64,000 nt of DNA from Camelus ferus (lineage: Eukaryota), in the NCBI RefSeq assembly GCF_009834535.1, contig NC_045707.1, forward strand, positions 51,896,001 through 51,960,000. The letters are read 5' to 3'. Positions 25,767 to 38,655 of the stretch are shown here, piece by piece. The translations under genes and the position numbers were made by a program. Each line of letters opens with the position of its first letter. The first letter of the stretch is position 1. A model generated the notes under the pieces. That model worked only from the letters and a program-made list of their open reading frames with translations, was not told the DNA's origin and did no database searches.

Positions 25767-27612
25767 AACTATAAGACACTGATGAAAGAAACTGAAGACA
25801 ATAAAAACAGATGGAAAAATATACTGTGTTCTTAGATTGGAATAATCAGTACTGTTGAAATGGGCATACTACCCAAGGCAACATACAGATTCAGTCCAAT
25901 CCCTATCAAATCACCAATGGCATTTTTCACAGAACTGGAACAAAAATTTTTAAAATTTGTATGGACACACAAAGACCCCAAATAGCCAAACCAATCTTGA
26001 GAAAAAAAGAACGGAGCTAAAGGAATCATACTCCCTAACTTGAGATTGTACTACAAAGCTACAGTAATCAAAACAGGCACGACACAAAAATAGACACATT
26101 CACTAGTGGAACAGGATAGGAAGTCCAGAAATAAACCCATGCACTTACAGTCAATTAATCTGCAAAGGAGGTAAGAATACACAATGCAGAAAAGACAGTC
26201 TCTTCAGTAAGTGGTGCTGGGAAAACTGAACATCTACTTGTAAAAGAATGAAATTAGAATATTCTTTAACATCATAAAAAATAAAGCTCAAAATGAATTA
26301 AAGACCTAAATGTAAGGTCAGATACTCTAAAACTTCTCAGGAAAACATAGGCAGAACAATCATTGACATAAATTCCCGCAGTTTTTTTTTTTTTTTTTGA
26401 TCTGTCTCCTAGAATAATGGAAATAAAAGCAAAAATAAACAAATGGGACCTAATTAAACTTAAAAGCCTTTGCACAGCAAAGGCAACTGTAAACAAAATG
26501 AAAAGACAGCTTACAGAATGGGAGAAAATACTTGCAAACAGTGAGACAGACAAGGGATTAATTTCCAAAATATACAAACAGCTCATACAGTTTAATGTCA
26601 AAAAACAACCCAATCAAAAAATGGCAGAAGACCTAAATAGACATTTCTCTAAAAAGACATAAAGATGGCCAACAGGCACATGAAAAGATGCTCAATATCA
26701 CTAATTATTAGAGAAATGCAAATCAAAACTACAATGAGGTATCACCTCACACCAGTCAGAATAGCCATCATTAAAATGTCTACAAATTATAAATGCTGGA
26801 AAGGGTGTGGAGAAAGAGGAACCCTCCTACACTATTGATGGGAATGTAAATTGTTGCAGCCACTATGGACAACAGTATAGAGTTTCCTTAAAAATAAAAA
26901 ACAAAAATAGAGTTATCATATGATCCAGCAATCCCACTCATGGGTATATACCTGGAAAAGATAAAAGCTCTCATTCAAAAAGATACACACATACCAATGT
27001 TTATAGCAGCACTATTTTCAATAGCCAAGACATGGAAGCAACTTAAATGTCTATGGAGAAATGACTGGGTAAAGAAGGTGTGGCATATGTGTGTGTGTAT
27101 ATAATATATATAATGGAATATTATGTGTGTATATATATATTATATATAATGGAATATTACTCAGCCATAAAAAGAATAAAATAATGCCATTTGCAGCAAC
27201 AGGGATGGACCTAGAGATTATCATATTACATGAAGTAAGTCAGAGAAAGACAAATATCATATGATATCACTTATATGTGGAATCTAAAAATAATGGAACA
27301 AATGAACTTATTTTCAAGCTGACAGTAGCATCCCAGGCCTAGAAAACAAACTATGCTTAACAAAGGGGAAAGGGACTTGGGAGAGGGATAAATTAGGAGT
27401 TTGGAATGAACATATACACACTACTATATATCAAATAGATGGACAACAAGGACCTATTATATAAGCCAGGGAACTATATTCAATATCTTGTAATAACCTA
27501 TTATGGAAAAGAATCTGAAAAAGAATGTATGTGTATGTGTATAACTGAAACACATTGCTGTACACCTAAAACTGACACAACATTGTAAATAATGTATACT
27601 TCAATAAAAAAA
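25767..27612 (+). mobile_element. 5'-truncated cetartiodactyl L1 (L1_Art-like): ORF2 C-terminal part and 3' UTR
   Basis: ORF 26417..26662 translates to L1 ORF2 ([19 protein letters not shown]...EWEKILAN). 3' UTR ends 'cacattgctgtacacctaaaactgacacaacattgtaaat...tcaataaaaaaa'. Disrupted by stops and frameshifts. Confidence 0.95.
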
Positions 27613-29184
27613 ACAGATTTTTAAAAAACAAATACATCAGTAGTTAATAAATGTAAAATACTAAGGGCTGTTAGGAAAAATTGGCTAAAAGTCTGTGTTG
27701 CGTTTTCAGACTGCTTAAAAGATTCTGAGGCACAGCATTATCAGGGATTGAATCAGTACTTACTGATAAAAGGAAAAAGGTCTCCAGGAAGACATTCTAA
27801 TGCTGAAATTACATATGCTGAATAACACAGGCATCAGTTTGTATATGCAGATATTTCAGTGCAAAAGTAAATGCATAAAATTAATCCTGTATGTAGTTTT
27901 TGTTTCTGTATTGTAATTTTTGTTTCTAGATTTACTTAATGGTATTATTTGTAAGTTTATGGGAAACTATAGTAATTTTGTATTTGAAATTTGTATTCAG
28001 GTTATTGAGTTATAAATATAGTCTAAGAATCTTTAAGTTCAACTCACAAAATGTGTTTTACAGTGTTTATATGTAGCAGATAACAAATACTTCCAGCAAG
28101 GCCTTTGAATAACAAAACTCTAATTAAACAGAATAAAATAACCCTAAAAATTCTCCTTTAATTTTAAATAAGGTTTTTAAAATTTTTTCCCACATTGATA
28201 AATTAGATATATTTAGTTTTCCTTTTAGGCATCTCACAAGCATGACAGAGAAAACTCACAACTTACTAGGAAAATCTCTCCCAAAGCCTCTTAAAGAATT
28301 TTCGTGAATCCAAACTTTAAATTGGTAAACTAGGTTCCCTTAACACTCTAATGCTGTTAACAGAAACTCGAATTATCTTAGACGTTTTAGCTAAAAATAA
28401 AATATCAAATATACTACAGCTCCTTCAGTATCACAAACATTTTCATAAAAAAGACACTGATTATTCTGAACTCATAGTAAATGGAGTATTAGTGAGTTAG
28501 ACTTGGCTCCCTTCATTATATCTTAACTTAATTTTCTCTTTACTTATTAACTAATGGGCATGATGAGGTTACTTGGCATGAAATTAAAAACCATTGTACT
28601 GTTTGCTATAGTAAGTTTGCTGTAATTATTCTTATATTTGTTTATCGCTCATGAATTTGAAATCACTTTACAAGAACTGGGTTTATGCCTGGGTTCCTCC
28701 GAGGGCACTGACTAGACAGGTGGAACCGTTCTTAAAGCTGCTTGATTTGGTAGATGGAATTTCCCATTTCTATTTACTGCCTAATTGAATTCAGCTTTCT
28801 TTCCACAATCTTATCTGGCTACAATTCTAAAGACTTTCTAATATCTTCTTTAGCACTGCCACAATTCTAAATATGTTGTTCATTGGATTTCAGAATTCTT
28901 CACATACCTTTGTCTTCTGTAGCTATAATTCTAATGTCAGGCTAATGACATTTCAGAAACAAAAAGGAAGGAAAAGAAAAGATGGTATTTGTTTCTTTCT
29001 CCTTTTTAATACAGACTTTTTCTTTCCAATCCATTGTATGTATTAAGTTGGTTTTCAGTTCCTCTTCTTATTGGATAGCAGCAAGTTCAACATGTTATTT
29101 ATGTAGGAAAGGGTAAACGTCAGCTAGTCTTTGACAGTTAGGCAATATTGGCATTCAGTTTCAACTGAGACCTTGGAGTTACAC

Positions 29185-29399
29185 TGTGGACTAGTGGAAA
29201 GAACTTCGGTTTTAGTGTTAGATCTGGGTACTCATCTGACTCTATCAATCACCACCTGTATGACTTTGAACATGTTATACCTAACGTTTAATATCAGTTT
29301 CCATATCTTTATATCTGGGGTAACTAAACATACTACACCAATTTGTTGTGAAAATAAAATCACCTTATATCTCTAAAGTACATTTTGAAGTGCTTAACA
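29185..29399 (+). mobile_element. MIR SINE
   Basis: 'agtggaaagaac...agatctgggt...ctgtatgactttgaacatgtta...tcagtttccatatct...ggggtaact...ttgttgtgaaaataaaat' matches the MIR core. Confidence 0.7.
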
Positions 29400-29537
29400 G
29401 GGGGAGGGTATAGCTTAGGTGGTAGACTGTGGTCTTAGCATGCAGGAGGTCCTGGGCTCAATCCCCAATACCTCCATTTAAATAAATAAATAAAAAAGCC
29501 TAATTACCTCCCCCCTAAAAATAATTTTAAAAAAATA
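29400..29537 (+). mobile_element. Camelid Vic-1-type tRNA-derived SINE inserted in the MIR tail
   Basis: 'gggggagggtatagcttaggtggtagac...cttagcatgcaggaggtcctgggctcaatccccaatacctccatttaaataaataaa...cctaattacctcccc'. TSD aagtgcttaac (29388-29398) / aagtgcttgac (29538-29548). Confidence 0.9.
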
Positions 29538-29725
29538 AAGTGCTTGACCAATAGATAATGATTATCAAGTTGTAGTTGTAATCAGTTAATCTATCAAAAC
29601 AGTCTTCTATGTGTCAGGATGAAATGATTCATTACTGATATTAAATGTAGCTTCTAAAATAGACTTTACTTTCAAGCTCACTAGAGCAAAGAGTTTACTT
29701 TTAAATTTGCCGTCTTTCATACAGA

Positions 29726-30227
29726 TGTCAAGATCTGTCAAGGATTTGAGATTTTACCCTATGTGTAAGCTAATAAGTTACCCTGCCAAAAGTTCATGTA
29801 TCCTGGCAAAAGTTCATGTCCTCCTGCATGAGACAAAGGGCATTTATGACTCATAGCAAACAGCAGTGTCAGCATTACATAATTTGCACTAGTTCCCCAA
29901 ACCTTAATTCCCACATGGCAACCAGACAAGATCCAGGTGATGCCTGTATACATAGTAGATTGTTACAGGAAAAAAAACTGTGTAGGAAATTCCAGTCTTT
30001 TATATAGAAGCTTCTAGTAAACCCACCCAAACTTTGTCCTGGAAAGAGACGTCATCATTACTAATGTGAACAGCAAACCAATATGCCCCCTGTACTGGAA
30101 GATTCTCTCTAACTACCAAGGCTATTTGCTTTATAAACAATCTTGAAAGGTAGTACAAAACTAAAATTGCTAATACCTCTGCTCAGAAGAGATGGGCAAG
30201 AAATTTATAGAGATTTGTCTCCCTACA
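29726..30227. mobile_element. ERVL-class solo LTR (MER77-like)
   Basis: TG...CA termini. 'tgagattttaccct...aagctaataagtta.cctgcca...gagacaaaggg...actcatagca' and terminal 'gagatttgtctccctaca' match the recalled MER77. Confidence 0.7.
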
Positions 30228-32261
30228 GAAGAATAATGGAAACTTTGCCCTTCTAGTATAAAAATCAGGCAAAAGCTTCATGAACACAATTCTAATATAG
30301 TTGTTTTAAAGTGTTCAAAATGTTAAATTCTATCAAAACAATGTTTTGTTAGGCATGGTAAAGGAAATCAATTACTTGTAAATGTCATAATAGTGTTTCA
30401 GAAAGGAGACAGGAAAAATTGGGATATTTATGAGGTTTGGGGGTTATAGTTCAAAACATATATTTCAATGTGAGGACTTAAGGTTAATTCATAATATAAT
30501 AGTTAAGGATTGGTGAATAGGGCAAGGCTAAAGTTTTGAGAAAGAAAGTCCCAAAGTGAATGTATTTATTAAAAATTAGCTGTCTGATGTTCATTTTAAT
30601 GAGTTTTTCAGTAGTTCCGGAAACAAACAATAATGTTATTTGCATTTTTTATCTTTCCGGACAAGAGGTTTTGGAATACAAGAGTAAATATAAAGTCAGT
30701 GAAATCATGATAATGTGGAGATTAAGCTGTGTGGGTAAAAATGATTTTGGTTCTCCAAAACCAAGTGACCTTCAGCCAGAGTCTGCTGTTACTTGTATAT
30801 GAAATTGGACTGGCAGAGAGGGGTCTACTCCTTTTTAGTAGATTAGTTTTACAGCTTAAGGACAGTGGTGGGAAAAGAGGTAAAACACAGAATATACCAA
30901 GTGGGAAAATTTTAAACATTGACCATAGTGTCAAGAAATGACTGATTTAAGATAAACAGATGTAGAGAAAAATAAATAGAGGAGAAATTTTAAACAGAAA
31001 TAAAATGTTAACAGAACACTGGAATCTGCTATAAGGATTAATTTAAGAATGGAATCACCTTTGTGCATTCACATTCAAGATAAGGAAAAAAAAATTTTTC
31101 ATTCACAATACCGGATCTTCTAAGTATATACATGTATTTAATCTTATTATAGAAAATACCTTATTGAGTAGTATTTTTAAGAAGGCAATTACATTGATTC
31201 ACAGCTTTAGCCAGCTAAGAGTTACCTCATGTCTCTCCAGCTATTATTATTTTTATTTCTTTCCCTATTTTTTTTCAGTATAGATCTGAATTCTTCAAAG
31301 TCAGAAGTTGCATAAATCCCTGTAGACAAAAGATGATTTATAAGCAGAGGGTCATCAAGATTCGGACAGAGTTCAAGAGAAGCAAAAAGAAAGAAACCAC
31401 TTGAGAAAACAAAAGACATTTTAGGTTCCAATGAGAATTCCCCAAGCCTATCATTTTCAAAGCAGGACTGTTTGGAAAATAAAATATTTTGTTGAAAATA
31501 AACTTTCAGATTTGAAAAATACTTCTTGTTGCATATGACAGAAATAGAGCTTTATAACCAATGGGCTTCCGTTTCCAGAGATAACTATTAAAATATGAGA
31601 AAACAAGGCAGCAATAATAGGTGTACATTTAAAACAGTTAGTTTTTCCCACACAGAAAATTGGCATCTATTCACACAGTTTGGTGAGCTGCTTCTCCTTA
31701 CATTCTGGTTTTATCTCAGTTTTTCTATTAAAGATTTGCTCTGGTGCATTACTAGGAAACCCACTCTAAAAATACCCAAAACTACATCCTTCAAACTCAC
31801 CAGTATCTGTAATAAAGTTGTTTCACCTCCATCATTCTGATTCCCTTGTCTATCAAACTTGTTTCTGAATTTGGACATGGTAAGAAATGCAACAACATCT
31901 AATAAAGGAGGACACAAGAGGTAAAAGAGCAAACTGGAGCGACTCCTTCAGAGAGAGGTGAGATCCAGTGGAAAACTGAGATTTGACGTTGTAATACAGG
32001 AGATTGAAAGTAACAACAGCAGTTGAGGAGCAACCATCTAAATACTGTTGCCAAAGAAAGTCTGTTCAGACTTTAGGCTGGATGACTAAACATATCAATG
32101 TAAAAACTTTAAAAAGTATAATGAGAGTTTCAACTTGAACATTCATTCCAGGTAGAGACACAGATACTTCCTGTTTCCTCATGAAATGTATCTGATAAAT
32201 TAATACAATTTACCCTCTAAGGAAAATGCAGCCAAGATGACATATTAAAAGTTCCTTAGCT

Positions 32262-32720
32262 CAAGGTCCACCCTGAAAACAGAACCTGAGTCAAAGCTTG
32301 TGTGAAGCTAGTTGATTTCAGGATGTGATCCCAGGCAGGAGGTGGAACGCAAGGCAGGGATAGTGAAACAGAGGGAGAGAAAGACAATTAGAGGATGAAG
32401 TGTTGACTTGGATGTTTTCCAGGCGACTGTTACCTTTTTCTTCTGGGACCTTCTGAGGAGTCTTATAAAACGGACCACAGAATTGTCCATCTAAAGACAA
32501 AACACAGAAATGTTTGTCTAAAACTTTGTCACTGCTGGCCCAGGATGGCCCTGTTAACATTAATTCCTTATACTTCAAGATTATCTAGGCAATCTGACTA
32601 GATGACAATCCACACATGGGTTGCAGAGAAGCTCCAGGGTCAGGACTCACATTGCAAGCCCTTCAGCTCAGGGGAGGGCTCTGTGAGTTCCACCTGCATA
32701 AGCTACTTGAGGCTTGCATG
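32262..32720 (-). mobile_element. ERVL-class LTR (LTR33/LTR16-like)
   Basis: 'cagaacctgagtcaaagcttgtgtgaagctagttgatttcaggatgtgatcccagg...gtgaaacagagggagagaaagacaat' resembles this family's motif order. Confidence 0.55.
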
Positions 32721-33124
32721 TATCTGGTTATTGCAACCAGAGGATTTTAAAATTGGGTACAAGTTGTGCCCAATACAAAGAGTGGCTAATTAGAACAATA
32801 ATACTATCTTGAGTCTAGACTGGGGTTAGATGTTGTCTAATAAAAGACAATTTTGGGGGAGATTTAATGATTTTAATGATTCAAAAGGCAGCAGCATATT
32901 AGTGTATTCCCAGAAACAATCTCTTTTTAATAGTATTTTCCTTTATGTGATGAAATTATTTTCCAGAATAATCATAAAATTAAGTAATAATGGTCAGAAA
33001 ACATGGTGAATTTTTTTATTGAATTTTTATAATTACTATAATGCCAGTAAAGTAATACAAATAATAATAATAAAATAAAATAAATATCACAATACAAAAA
33101 AGAAAACAAAAGGTGATGATTCAA

Positions 33125-35210
33125 ACACTTTATGAATCTGTTTTATAAAAGATTAAAAAACTCACAATTTTATGTCTACATACCAGTCTATCACAATAAG
33201 GAATGATAACATTACTTAAATGTAATTAGTTTAGCAGAGATTTACAAAACAAATAAATTTTACAATAAAATTTAGACATTCCTATGACATCCGTATCTTT
33301 ATTTCTTCAAAATTGTTCCCAGCAGACTTCCAGTATTTCTGAAGTCCAAAAGTATCTTCACTACGTAATTCATCATGCAGTTCTATTACATTTGATAAAA
33401 ATATGTTTAAAGTTTTCTTCTTCAGAGAAAAATCACTAAATGTTAGTGTATGTTGACTTCATTTGAATAAAACAGTTGTCCAGTTATTAGTAAAAACAGT
33501 TGAGGCATTCAAACACCGTCTATTTGATTTTTTTGATGATATAAAACTCCTTTATTTCTTTTGGCACTTTTCTTCTAAATTTGATTGTTTTTTTCCCATA
33601 CAAATAATCATTTCCTTGCACTTTCTTTTTTAATTATTATTTATTTTGTTTTTATGAAAATTTTTTTTTCTTATACTTGTTGCAAAGTTAATAGCCTTCT
33701 TCATTTTTTTTCTGTGAACCAATCTTTAAGGATTAATTTCAAAGCTTGGTGTTTCACTGTGAGTGATTCAAGTCTCACTCTGTTTGCTCTATTTATGTGT
33801 TTTTAATTTTTATATCTCAGACTTCATCTTCAAATGAAAGATAACTCAGAAAAGACACATACAGCAGAAAGCAACATCTGAGCCGATCTTCCTGTGTCCA
33901 CATTTTCCCTTGGATCATTCAGTACTTCATAGGTTAACTCAAAATTTAACTTTCCTATACCCACAGCTCCATAAAGTACTCCAAATTTTAATAAAGTCTT
34001 CAGTGATTATATCTGCATTCTGAAGGATTTTCTATTGGTGAGATGAGACTGGAAAGGATGGATTTATCTTTCACAATTCCAAAATACATCTCCTGAGGAG
34101 GAGACCCCTCTAAAAAAGTGAATTCTGTTAAGCTTTATAAAGAGAATAACATGTTCAAGGAACAAATGGGAATTTAGGATTAATTTTTTTGACATTTTGC
34201 CTCAGTACTGTCATGCATTTTGGCCACAGTTATAGCATTGTCACATCTTTAATGGTTGTGTACTTGTTTCAGGCAGTTTTCTGGGAAATAGAGTAAAAGC
34301 TCAAAATTAATTCCTTTATTTCATCTTGACCATCTTCAAGATTGATGTGTCTGAACAATGTATAAATGATCAAAGTGTAAAGCTTTTAGAATGCTGTTAA
34401 GAATTTCAAACTACTTTGCATTTTTAATATCTGTAACTATCTGTTCTTTGAGGTAACTTCCCAGAAGATGGATGTAATTATTGGGATCAATCTCTTTTCA
34501 GAAAAAAGTACTAATTCTTCCAAGATGTTCTTTCAACTTTGGGTCACAATGTAAGAGTAATTCCTTCAATGTCAGCATGATATCCTTTATTTGCTGATCA
34601 TACATAGTTTTTGTGATCAGGGAAAGGAAAATTGTGTTTGACTGAAAGCATAATTAAGTCTAAATATTATGTAAAAAGTCATTTTTCTTTACCCTTCCAT
34701 ATGTAGTTTTCAGTTCTCTTGCCAACATCTATTTTGTAAAAAGATGGATATTCAGGTATCTCAAGATCAGGGATTTTAGGGTACTTTTTATCAGATTTTG
34801 AAGGGATTTTTTAAGCTGGACATTCCAGCTTTGTCTCATTACCTGCAAACGGATAAAAGAAACATTTTTTTAGTTTCAAGCAATTCATACAAGCTGTTAA
34901 CATTTTTCCACCATACAGAAAGTATGTAAAGATTATAAAAACCGTGAAGTTGACAAGAGTTGACTTCTTTCTTTGTATCCTTCTCATTCTTACTAACTGC
35001 ATAATAGTGTTTATTATGATATGGTTCACTTCTTTTAACCAGATTGACTTTCAGTCACCTCAAAACATTATTAGTCAAGTATTGACATCATAATACATTA
35101 ATACTTCATTTATCATATCTCTTCATCAAAGTCTTTGTCTTGATCTTTGCAAGCATCTTTATTATCACTATTAGTGTTGACTCTTAGATTGCTTCCTTTC
35201 TCTTAAACAT
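33125..35210 (-). pseudogene. Decayed hAT-superfamily (Tip100/Zaphod, ZMYM1-like) DNA transposase
   Basis: Hand translation of the minus strand across frameshifts gives colinear motifs: MFKRKE (35210); DLIMLSVKHNFPFPDH; ELLLHCDPKLKEHL; NNYIHLLGSYLKEQIVTDIKNAK*FEILNSILKALH (~34485-34375); HINLEDGQDEIKELILSFYSISQKTA; CDNAITVAKMH (34245-34213); INPKFPFVP*TCYSL; ENVDTGRSAQMLLSAVC; FECLNCFY; ECLNFIVK..KSLLN. Confidence 0.85.
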
Positions 35211-35817
35211 TATCAAGGTTTTGAGAAAATGATTCATCATCTTTCACCTGTATCATTTAAATAATGTGTACTTTGGGTATGCAAACCTGAATTTCCTACA
35301 AATTTTAAAGAAGTATATGCAATATTTTATGTATTATACTTTGCAAAATAGATTTGGAAAATAATTCAATCACCTTACCTCCTCTTTTTTTTTTCCCTTT
35401 GTTGTATTGTACTCAAACATTGTCCTTTCATGTTGATAAGAATAACTTACTTTGAAATTCTTTGCAAAACTTAGAATAATTACAAACCAGTTACTGGTTT
35501 CACAATAATATCGCAAATGAATTAAGGCCCCTCCACATTTCTGCAGGAAAAGAAAAAAAGTGTAACTTTGTAGTCATTAGTTTTTTACTAAGTAATCATG
35601 AACTTTGATTCTTTGGTTGCAACTGATATAAAGATCACTTATTTAAATTATTTTTCATAAGTTAATAAGTATATTTTAATTACAACCAAAATATAAAATG
35701 TCCAATTTAGGTAACTACTGAATTGCTTCACTGGTGTAACATTTTATTTTCATGATTTGTTTTCTGTTTTAAAATAAAATAATAACAGTAAAAGACTATA
35801 TTTAAATTTTAAACACA

Positions 35818-36050
35818 TTTTTTATTGATGTATAGTTGTGTTAGTTTCTGGTGTACAGCATAGTAATTCAGCTATATATATATCTTTTTCCATATTATTT
35901 TTTACTATAGGTTATTACAAGCTATAGAATACAGCTTCCTGTGCTATACAGTAAGACCTTGTTGTTGATCTGTTTTGTATATAGTAGTTTGTAAGTGCTA
36001 ACAACTCCTAATTTATCCCTCCCCCACCCTTTCTGCCTTGGTAACCATAC
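35818..36050 (-). mobile_element. Short 5'-truncated cetartiodactyl/camelid L1 3' UTR copy
   Basis: Poly-T, 'gtgttagtttctggtgtacagcatagt', 'cctgtgctatacagtaagaccttgttg', 'tttatccctccccc...ggtaaccata'. TSD ttaaacacatt (35809-35819) / ttaaacatatt (36052-36062). Confidence 0.9.
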
Positions 36051-38299
36051 CTTAAACATATTATTAAAATCAATAAAATAAGATATATGAACTAATTTGA
36101 ACTTGGCCAAACAAAAATTATACACTTCAGAGTTTATGGATTGTTTTACTCTATTATGTTTTAAAATAAAAACCAACACTTCCAGTAGTCACATGTCATG
36201 ACAGAATCAAAGTAATTTAAGTTGCGTTTCTTCATCAATGCAGTCATTGTGCTATCACCGTTTATTTTCAATCTACCTTTGAAAAATAGTAATATGTAAT
36301 TTCGTATTTCTTGGGGGGTGGGGAGGGGACACACTATACCCAAGGGAATTCAAATGATTATAAACCCTTACAAACCTTCTTTAGAAAGTGACAATATCTG
36401 TGTATACTCTCTAAATGAAAGTTCTCTTAATAAACTTCATGTGGTGTACATTATTTAATACAGGAAAAAATATATAAATTGGAAACACACATGTACATTT
36501 TTTAAACTTGACTGTAACCACAAAAATTTTTTGAACTTAAACTAACAAAGGATTTTTTAGAGGGAAGAGTATTTTAGCACTGACAGTGTTTAATATTGTT
36601 GGATCATGGTGATAATAAAAATATAGAACTTTAATTTTAATTTAATTTAATTATTTTTGTAAATTATAGCTATACCCCCCTCACTGCCTGCTCCCCAGCA
36701 GGATGCTAGCTCTGCACTGTCTATGATATGATAAAATGGAAAGTGACATGGAGTAGGATTTTCTTTAATAATCAATGCCTTAGTACACCTAAAACTGGTT
36801 GGCTTCATATCTCTCACCATAACAAGTCTTTTAAACTGACTTTAGAGAAAGAGAAAAAATAAGTGTCTGGGTCAGAAAGTAATGGGAAAGAGAAAGGAAA
36901 GATATTATTCAGATCCATCTAACGTTACTAATTGAGGAGCAATTTAAGTAAGACTACTTTAAGAAGCATGTTTAAAGATTTAAGGTCATGAAATCAACTA
37001 ATCTTTTCTCATAGGATGAGGAAGAGGCAAAAAAAGAAACAAAACACTTGGGAAATGTTTCTTGATTGCAGTAAAAAGATATAGAACAAATACATGCTAT
37101 TTTATAACTAGAAGTTTCAAAATCTATGGAAAGCCAATGCTTTGGGATCTCAGGCAAGAATTCTCTAGTGTAGGAAACAGGAAGCAGAAATCTGGCTCTC
37201 TAGGCCTAAGCAGTTCTGTGGTAAGAGCTAATGGTATTAGTCCGCATTTTGCCTCAATTTGAGTAGGCTATTTTTTTTTCTCTTGTAACAAAAGTGCTTC
37301 AAATGACAATTACCAAGTAGAATGCCTGGCATCTAGGTGTTCTTAAATGGTAGACATTAATCCCACAATTGTTATTGTTTCTATTATTAACCTTCAACAG
37401 ATTCTACATCGCATCAAGCCCATCCAGTTGATTTAATCAGCTTAAACTCCAGTGCCATGTAAATCATAATATGTGTTCACTAACAACTTACTATTTTAGC
37501 TGTATTTCTCATTTTCAAGTGGGTTAATGAATTGAACAGAAATATCTGATCAGATCTTTTTCCTTTTCCCTTTCTTATATGTCCGGTCTTCATTGAAATG
37601 CAGTGAGATGCATGCTTGATATATGCCTAATTGGAGCTAGCGCATTTCTGACTCCGTTCACTGAGCTTAAACAGCTTTCCTTGAAATTGGGTTGACTTTT
37701 TCTTTCTTTTTTAAAAAAATTTTTGGAATTGTTGACTCTGTTCTTAACTACTGTACTGCTTCAAAGCCTTCTTACAATCTATGTGTCAGTGACATAGAAA
37801 ATGAAGTTAAGCTATGAATTTGGGAGTTTGCCACCCTTACTTATGAGAACCGGAGAAAGCCTTCAAAAAGCCATTACTGGGAAGGAATGCTGTGAAAATG
37901 GTATATTTTAATAACCTGCTACAAGTTCACAGCTTTTGAATAGGTGACATTCAGAAAAGAAAATATTCAGAGGATAAATGAATGCCTATTATTTCACAAT
38001 TATTGGCAATGATATTGTATGAATAAGCCAAGAAATTCCTTCATTTACTATGTCCGAAGTACTCATTGCTCTTTCATTTTTTTTTTAGGATTTACTTCTG
38101 AATTTTAAGAAAATGAAAATATGAAATTGTTCATGGTGAACTTTTTCCATTGTAGTATAAGATAGCATGCTTCTGAATTATAGGAACTCAGAAGAGTGTT
38201 TTAATGTCTAATAGCCTGGGTATCTCAGGGGAAAACTTAAATTTTTAGAGACGCTCACAGTTGAGGTTTTCTACACTGTAGACTTTATAATCTTACTGT

Positions 38300-38655
38300 A
38301 GTTCCGCACAGGGACCATATCCTTTCTCACTTCCAGACTTCAGCATTTGTGGTCTCTTTAGTTCTGTAGATACTTTTTCCCACTCTTGAATTTAAAGTAC
38401 ATTAAAAATTACTTCCTCTTGAAAGCCTTCCAGAGTTCTTAGATTATTATTTCTGCATATTTTGTGCTTCTATTTTACCCTGAATTTTTCTCTATTTGTT
38501 CAAATGTTTTTAACATCAGTGTCACTTCTGACGACTTATAAGCACCATGAGGTCTGGGGACTTACTTCTTTACCCCCACAATTTCCATGCTGCCAACAAC
38601 AGCATCTGGGAATAATGCATCAATATTTGTTGAGCAAATATTTAATGAATGAGTA
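38300..38655 (+). mobile_element. L2 3' end fragment
   Basis: 'ttataagcaccatgagg...caatatttgttgag...aatgaatgagt' is a typical L2 tail. Confidence 0.55.

Noticed and set aside
26417..26662. ORFs with real protein similarity (also 45907..46155 and 12813..13055)
   Set aside because: Fragments of truncated, disrupted L1 ORF2, not host genes.
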